From assembly GCA_949296475.1 (NCBI GenBank), contig CASFOK010000018.1, forward strand, positions 1 through 62,632: a stretch of DNA of 62,632 bases, given 5' to 3'. The notes under the pieces are model-generated. The model was given only the letters and a program-made list of their open reading frames with translations, did no database searches and had not been told where the DNA came from. Both the position numbers and the translations under genes were made by a program. This DNA is from an uncultured Pseudomonadota bacterium. Its GTDB lineage: Bacteria > Pseudomonadota > Alphaproteobacteria > Rs-D84. Of the stretch, positions 58,055-62,632 are shown one piece after another. Each line of letters starts with the position of its first letter. Position 1 is the stretch's first letter.

Positions 58055-58504
58055 ATGGATAATATAAAAAAACCGTTGACGCCTTTACAATTACAACGTA
58101 TTTCCGAACTGGAACATATGTCGCCCAATCAGTGGGACGCGTTATGTCGTCGTTGTGGAATGTGCTGTTTGATAAAGATGGGGGCAGGTCGGCATAAAAT
58201 CTTGTACACGCGCCTTTGTTGCGAGAATTTAGATCGTTCCACCCAGTTGTGCAAGGTATATTCAACTCGCTTTTGCCAGACGAATGTTCTGTGTGAAAAG
58301 GTGACCATAAAGACGATATTAGAAGGCGAGCTGTTACCCGCATCTTGTGCGTATGTAGAATATGTATTTGGCCCTGCGAGACATGCGGCAAAAGTAGATT
58401 TTGCGAACGTCAGTCCGTTAAATTCGTATAAATTATCGCGTTTATCGTTCTCTGAATTAATGCGATTTGCAATCAGGGATTCAATCAGGTGGTGCCGATA
58501 TTAG
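58055..58504 (+). CDS. YcgN-family cysteine-cluster protein
   Basis: W.ALCRRCG.CCL.K, C..Y.TR, LP.SCAY. Confidence 0.85.
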   Translation: MDNIKKPLTPLQLQRISELEHMSPNQWDALCRRCGMCCLIKMGAGRHKILYTRLCCENLDRSTQLCKVYSTRFCQTNVLCEKVTIKTILEGELLPASCAYVEYVFGPARHAAKVDFANVSPLNSYKLSRLSFSELMRFAIRDSIRWCRY

Positions 58505-58563
58505 TCATATGATATGCAGTTTACGTGAAAGGAAGCAACGCCACCGGTTTTGGTGGCGTTTTG

Positions 58564-58761
58564 TCATATTTTCTTTTTGCGTTTTTCTGATTTAATCATT
58601 GCTTTGATTTCTTTTTGTACTATTCGCAAATGTTGTTGTATATCTGTCAGTGTGACATCTGGTTCAACCTTGTACGAAGCAACCAATTCTTTTAAGATTT
58701 CACATCTGCGACGCGTTTGTGCATCTTCTTGTCCGATGAATTCCAGTTTAAACAAGCTCAT
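58564..58761 (-). CDS. small hypothetical protein downstream of tandem RNA elements
   Basis: GGGGGA RBS before ATG 58761; terminator-like hairpin after stop. Confidence 0.55.
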   Translation of the reverse strand: MSLFKLEFIGQEDAQTRRRCEILKELVASYKVEPDVTLTDIQQHLRIVQKEIKAMIKSEKRKKKI

Positions 58762-58776
58762 ACTGTCCCCCGTTTT

Positions 58777-59045
58777 GTTAAACAAAAACCACCAGAAATA
58801 TCGGTGGTTGGAGGATAAGAACTATAACACAGTATAGCGGGTTTATTCAATATATTCACCGCCCTCCAACCAAGGTTGATTGTTTTATTATAACAACCAA
58901 TCGTATAAATTGAAACCGACTTTTTTTAGGCAGTTTTTCTCCTTTGTTGCGTTAAACAAAAACCACCAGAAATATCGGTGGTTGGAGGATAAGAACTATA
59001 ACAGAGTATAGCGGGTTTATTCAATATATTCACCGCCCTCCAACC
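58777..59045 (-). repeat. two 95-bp direct repeats, each a structured RNA element
   Basis: 58777-58871 and 58951-59045, one mismatch; GGTTGGAGG..CCTCCAACC stem overlapping an AACCACC/GGTGGTT terminator. Confidence 0.9.
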
Positions 59046-59126
59046 GAGATGTATTGTATAATTAATTTATCCAAGATTCTATTATTTTATTGCGAAGTTT
59101 TGGTATTTTGACTACCTTTATATCAT

Positions 59127-61181
59127 ATGAAGCAAGAATTGTTTGATTTTCTGAACACAGACCTGCAGTTCATCAAGGGCGTTGGTCCTGTTTTAGCGGC
59201 GCGCTTTGAAGATGTTTTAGGTGGGCGCAAGGTTTTAGACTTTATGTTGCACATACCTGCATATATCAGGGCGCGTGGCATAACAGAGAACGTACGTTCC
59301 GCGGCGCCCGGCGAAACGATAACGATACCGTTGTTAGTAAAGTCTCATAAAAAGGGCGGTGTATTTCGGGGGCGTCGTGCGCCTACGCAGATTACTTGTG
59401 CGGACAAGATGGGTAACGTCGTTTTGATTCAGTTCTTTAACGTTAACTTTTTAGATTATTGGTTAAAGAAGTTACCGGTTGGTCAGTGGCGCATGGTCAG
59501 CGGAAAGTTAGAGCGAACCAGTCGGGCGATTATAAATCACCCCGATTTCATAGAGGATATGGAAAACGCCGACAAAATACCGTCTATTCAGGCGATATAC
59601 CCATCGGGCGAGGGCTTGACGCAAAAGACGTTTGCAAACGTTCGCGATCAGATATTTGCGGTCTTGCCGGGTAAAATTGCCGGTGAAGCGGATTTACAGG
59701 TAATAGAGTTTTTTGACGCGCTTCGCCACGTTCATTTTCCGGAAAGCGCGGACGACCTGGGACCTAATTCGGTTTACGTTGCAAAGTTAGCGTATTGGGA
59801 ATTATTGGCGCATCAGTCTGCGATAGTAATCAGTCGCCGAAACAGGAAAGAAGAAAAAAATCGTCGCGTGGTTCGTGCCAAGAAGTATGACTTGATGGAC
59901 AGGTTTTATGCTACGTTGCCGTTTTCTATGACGGGGGCGCAGTTGCGAACGTTAGATGAAATTTTTGCGGACTTGTCGCGTGACATTCCCATGATGCGTC
60001 TGGTCCAAGGCGATGTGGGCAGCGGCAAAACGATAGTTGCGTTGGCGGCTGCCATAAAGATGGCGGAAACGGGGGCGCAAACTGCGTTACTTGCGCCGAC
60101 GGACACGTTGGCCCAGCAACACTATGCCAAGGTAAAACCGATGTGTGACAAGATGGGGATTGTCTGTGACGTTCTGACGGGGCGCGACAAGGGGGCGGCT
60201 CGCAAGGAAAAGTTAATATCGCTTCGTTCGGGGCGAACCAAGATTGTCATCGGCACGCACGCGCTGTTTTCAGACGATGTGGAATATAAGGATTTAGGTT
60301 TGGTCATTGTGGACGAACAGCATCGTTTCGGCGTTTCCCAACGCGAAGCCTTACGTGCCAAGGGTAATAATCCTGATTTATTGGCGTTATCTGCGACGCC
60401 GATACCGCGAACGTTGTCTATGACGATATACGGCGACATGGACGTATCTATTATAAATGAAAAGCCGGCGGGCAGGTTGCCCATTAAAACGACGAAACTG
60501 TCAATTGCAAGAATTGAAGAATTGGTTGCGCGGTTGCGCGTGCAGATAGAAGGTGGGGCAAAGGTTTTCTGGGTATGTCCGTTGGTTGAAGAATCCGAAC
60601 AGTCTGACATGACTGCTGTTGAATCAAGATACGAGGATTTGAAGAAGTATTTTCCTGGTGCCGGGCTTGTTCACGGTCAGATGGATAAAAAGCAACGCGA
60701 CGCGGTTATGGCAAGGTTTGCCGACGATGATTCTGACATGCGCATATTGATTGCGACAACCGTCATAGAGGTTGGAATTGACGTCCCATCTGCGTCTATC
60801 ATTGTGATAGAGAACGCGGAAAGATTTGGTTTGGCGGCCTTGCATCAGTTACGTGGTCGCGTTGGGCGTGGTAACTTGCAGTCTTATTGCATATTAATAT
60901 ACGGGCGAAACGTCAGCGACGATGGGTTAAAGCGTCTTGACGTACTGACAGAAACGGACGACGGCTTTAAGATTGCAGAGCAAGACTTGATAATGCGCGG
61001 TACTGGCGAGTTATTAGGAACGCGTCAAAGCGGGTGGATAAACTATCATTTTGTAGATTACAGGGCGCATCACGACTTGTTTAAGTTAGCGGCGCGCGCT
61101 GCGCGTGATATAACTATTCCTGATGCATGGACGCGCGATTTGATGTATATTTTTGACAGGGGGGTGGGTATCAGTGCCTAG
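59127..61181 (+). CDS. recG: ATP-dependent DNA helicase RecG
   Basis: QGDVGSGKT, DEQHRFG, SATPIPRTL, HQLRGRVGR. Confidence 0.96.
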   Translation: MKQELFDFLNTDLQFIKGVGPVLAARFEDVLGGRKVLDFMLHIPAYIRARGITENVRSAAPGETITIPLLVKSHKKGGVFRGRRAPTQITCADKMGNVVLIQFFNVNFLDYWLKKLPVGQWRMVSGKLERTSRAIINHPDFIEDMENADKIPSIQAIYPSGEGLTQKTFANVRDQIFAVLPGKIAGEADLQVIEFFDALRHVHFPESADDLGPNSVYVAKLAYWELLAHQSAIVISRRNRKEEKNRRVVRAKKYDLMDRFYATLPFSMTGAQLRTLDEIFADLSRDIPMMRLVQGDVGSGKTIVALAAAIKMAETGAQTALLAPTDTLAQQHYAKVKPMCDKMGIVCDVLTGRDKGAARKEKLISLRSGRTKIVIGTHALFSDDVEYKDLGLVIVDEQHRFGVSQREALRAKGNNPDLLALSATPIPRTLSMTIYGDMDVSIINEKPAGRLPIKTTKLSIARIEELVARLRVQIEGGAKVFWVCPLVEESEQSDMTAVESRYEDLKKYFPGAGLVHGQMDKKQRDAVMARFADDDSDMRILIATTVIEVGIDVPSASIIVIENAERFGLAALHQLRGRVGRGNLQSYCILIYGRNVSDDGLKRLDVLTETDDGFKIAEQDLIMRGTGELLGTRQSGWINYHFVDYRAHHDLFKLAARAARDITIPDAWTRDLMYIFDRGVGISA

Positions 61182-62466
61182 GTTACTGGTTATTTTATTT
61201 TCTGTCTTGTTTGCGTTTTCTGCGCAGGCTGCGTCGCTTATTAACGACACGGAAACGGAAAGGTTATTAACCGAATTAGTTGCGCCTTTGGGGCGTGCGG
61301 CCGACATTTCGGACGGCAGGTTAAAGGTTCACATTATAAACAGCGATGATTTTAACGCGTTTGTAATGGGCGGCGAAGACGTATATTTATATACTGGTTT
61401 GTTGACGCAAATCAGGTCTGCGTCTGCGTTACAGGCGGTTGTCGCGCACGAGTTGGGGCATACGCTGGGGGGGCATATGGCGCATATGTCTGCCCGTATG
61501 GAATCGGAATTAAAACGTGCGATGTTGATTCAGGCGTTGGGCGTTGGCTTAATGGTTGCCGGGGGAAATCCGTCGCTGGGGGCGGGCGTTTTGGCTGGCT
61601 CTGGCGGGGTTGCGCAACAGTCAATGTTGGCGTTCACGCGTGACGAGGAAAGAATTGCGGACGATATGGGTTTTAACTTATTGGTGCAGGCGAAACTGGA
61701 CCCGGCGGGTTTTGTATCAGTGCTGGAACAAATGGGTGAAATGACGTCGGTTTTGGAATCCAAGGTAAATCCGAACCGCATTAATCATCCTCTGACGGCC
61801 GAACGTTTAAATACAATCAACGAAAAAGTAAAAAAATTGGACAAGTCTTACGTTGCCAAGAACGCGCCAACGGCACAGCAGAACAAAGAATTTGCCTTGG
61901 TTCAGGCGAAATTAATCGGGTACTTAGACGGTGCGGACAGGGTGCGTGCGTTATACCCCGACACTGACAAATCAGACGCCGCGTTATACGCCCGGGCAAT
62001 TGCCAGAATGCAGGCAGGAAATTTACAAGACGCCAGAACAGGCGTTATGACTTTGATTGCCAGGAATCCGAAAAATCCTTATTTTTATGAATTGCTGGGG
62101 GACATAGATTATCAGATGGGGCACTATGACGACAGTGTGGACGCGTATGAAAAAAGTTTAGATTTACAGGGTAATGCGCCACAAATAGAAACTGCGCTGG
62201 CATTGGTGCTGACCGAAAGAAACAAACCGGGCGACAAAGAACGGGCGGTTGAATTGTGCAAGCGGTCTTTGTTGTCACAACCTGCGCCGTTGACTTATTG
62301 GGTGTTGGCGCGGGCGTACCAAGACGGGCGGGCAGATTGGGCGCGCGCGGAATATTATCACTTGATAGGGGACAAAAAAAATACAAAAAAATACGCTCGT
62401 TTGGCACAGAAAAAATTGGATAAAAATATGCCGGAATATATAAAGGCGGGCGATTTGATAAAATAA
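61153..62466 (+). CDS. M48 metalloprotease with TPR repeats (BepA-like)
   Basis: NAFVMGG, HELGH, E..AD, NHP...ER; likely GTG start at 61174. Confidence 0.88.
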   Translation: MTGGWVSVPRLLVILFSVLFAFSAQAASLINDTETERLLTELVAPLGRAADISDGRLKVHIINSDDFNAFVMGGEDVYLYTGLLTQIRSASALQAVVAHELGHTLGGHMAHMSARMESELKRAMLIQALGVGLMVAGGNPSLGAGVLAGSGGVAQQSMLAFTRDEERIADDMGFNLLVQAKLDPAGFVSVLEQMGEMTSVLESKVNPNRINHPLTAERLNTINEKVKKLDKSYVAKNAPTAQQNKEFALVQAKLIGYLDGADRVRALYPDTDKSDAALYARAIARMQAGNLQDARTGVMTLIARNPKNPYFYELLGDIDYQMGHYDDSVDAYEKSLDLQGNAPQIETALALVLTERNKPGDKERAVELCKRSLLSQPAPLTYWVLARAYQDGRADWARAEYYHLIGDKKNTKKYARLAQKKLDKNMPEYIKAGDLIK

Positions 62467-62491
62467 TTTGAATAAGGTAATTTTATATCAC

Positions 62492-62631
62492 TTTTTTATT
62501 GCATGGGTGGGGAATTTTTTTCTAGAATCAAATCAAAGTTATAAAAATATCATATGGGGGGATTATCGCAGTATGATTAAAAAAATATTGCTGTTGTGCT
62601 GCTTTTTAATAACACCGATTGTGTCTGCAAA
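62492..62631. repeat. 140-bp inverted repeat, right copy (contains TTGCAT-18-TAGAAT promoter at 62499-62528)
   Basis: Reverse complement of 48-187. Confidence 0.97.
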
Positions 62632-62632
62632 C
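62573..62632 (+). CDS. 5' part of a secreted protein (runs off window)
   Basis: MIKKILLLCCFLITPIVSAN, identical to the left-end protein start. Confidence 0.65.
   Translation, partial: MIKKILLLCCFLITPIVSAN

Noticed and set aside
58777-59045. CRISPR array
   Set aside because: Only two 95-bp units with a 79-bp spacer and no cas genes.
1-62632. Whole window as a linear plasmid, phage or transposon with terminal inverted repeats
   Set aside because: The content is core chromosomal (bamA, frr, rne, tRNAs), and the repeats are gene starts running off both ends.

Overview
This is a chromosomal segment of an AT-rich alphaproteobacterium: it has lpxI, alpha-type dnaB/rne/priA, and a canonical G-1/C73 tRNA-His. 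Housekeeping genes (gap, miaA, priA, birA, dnaB, bamA-rseP-cdsA-uppS-frr, rne, rph, recG, four tRNAs) are mixed with accessory genes, two polysaccharide loci and dispersed type IV secretion genes (virB11 alone; a virB7-virB8-virB8-like block). The main finding is a ~14 kb cluster (24.2-38.1 kb) of short-tailed, BPP-1/T7-like virion genes with no recognisable integrase or phage replication module. Its large terminase is split into an ATPase gene and a nuclease gene. A host-type dnaB / tandem-XRE regulator cassette lies between them on the opposite strand, and dnaB shares a CATG start with the nuclease gene. A histone H1-like gene sits between the scaffold and capsid genes. This reads as a domesticated podovirus-derived gene-transfer-agent-like system. 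The window also holds several unannotated structured RNAs: three C4-like switch elements, a CU-rich anti-SD sRNA and a 6S RNA candidate. It is bounded by a 140-bp inverted repeat carrying a promoter plus signal-peptide cassette. All family assignments come from recognising motifs by eye; no database search was run.
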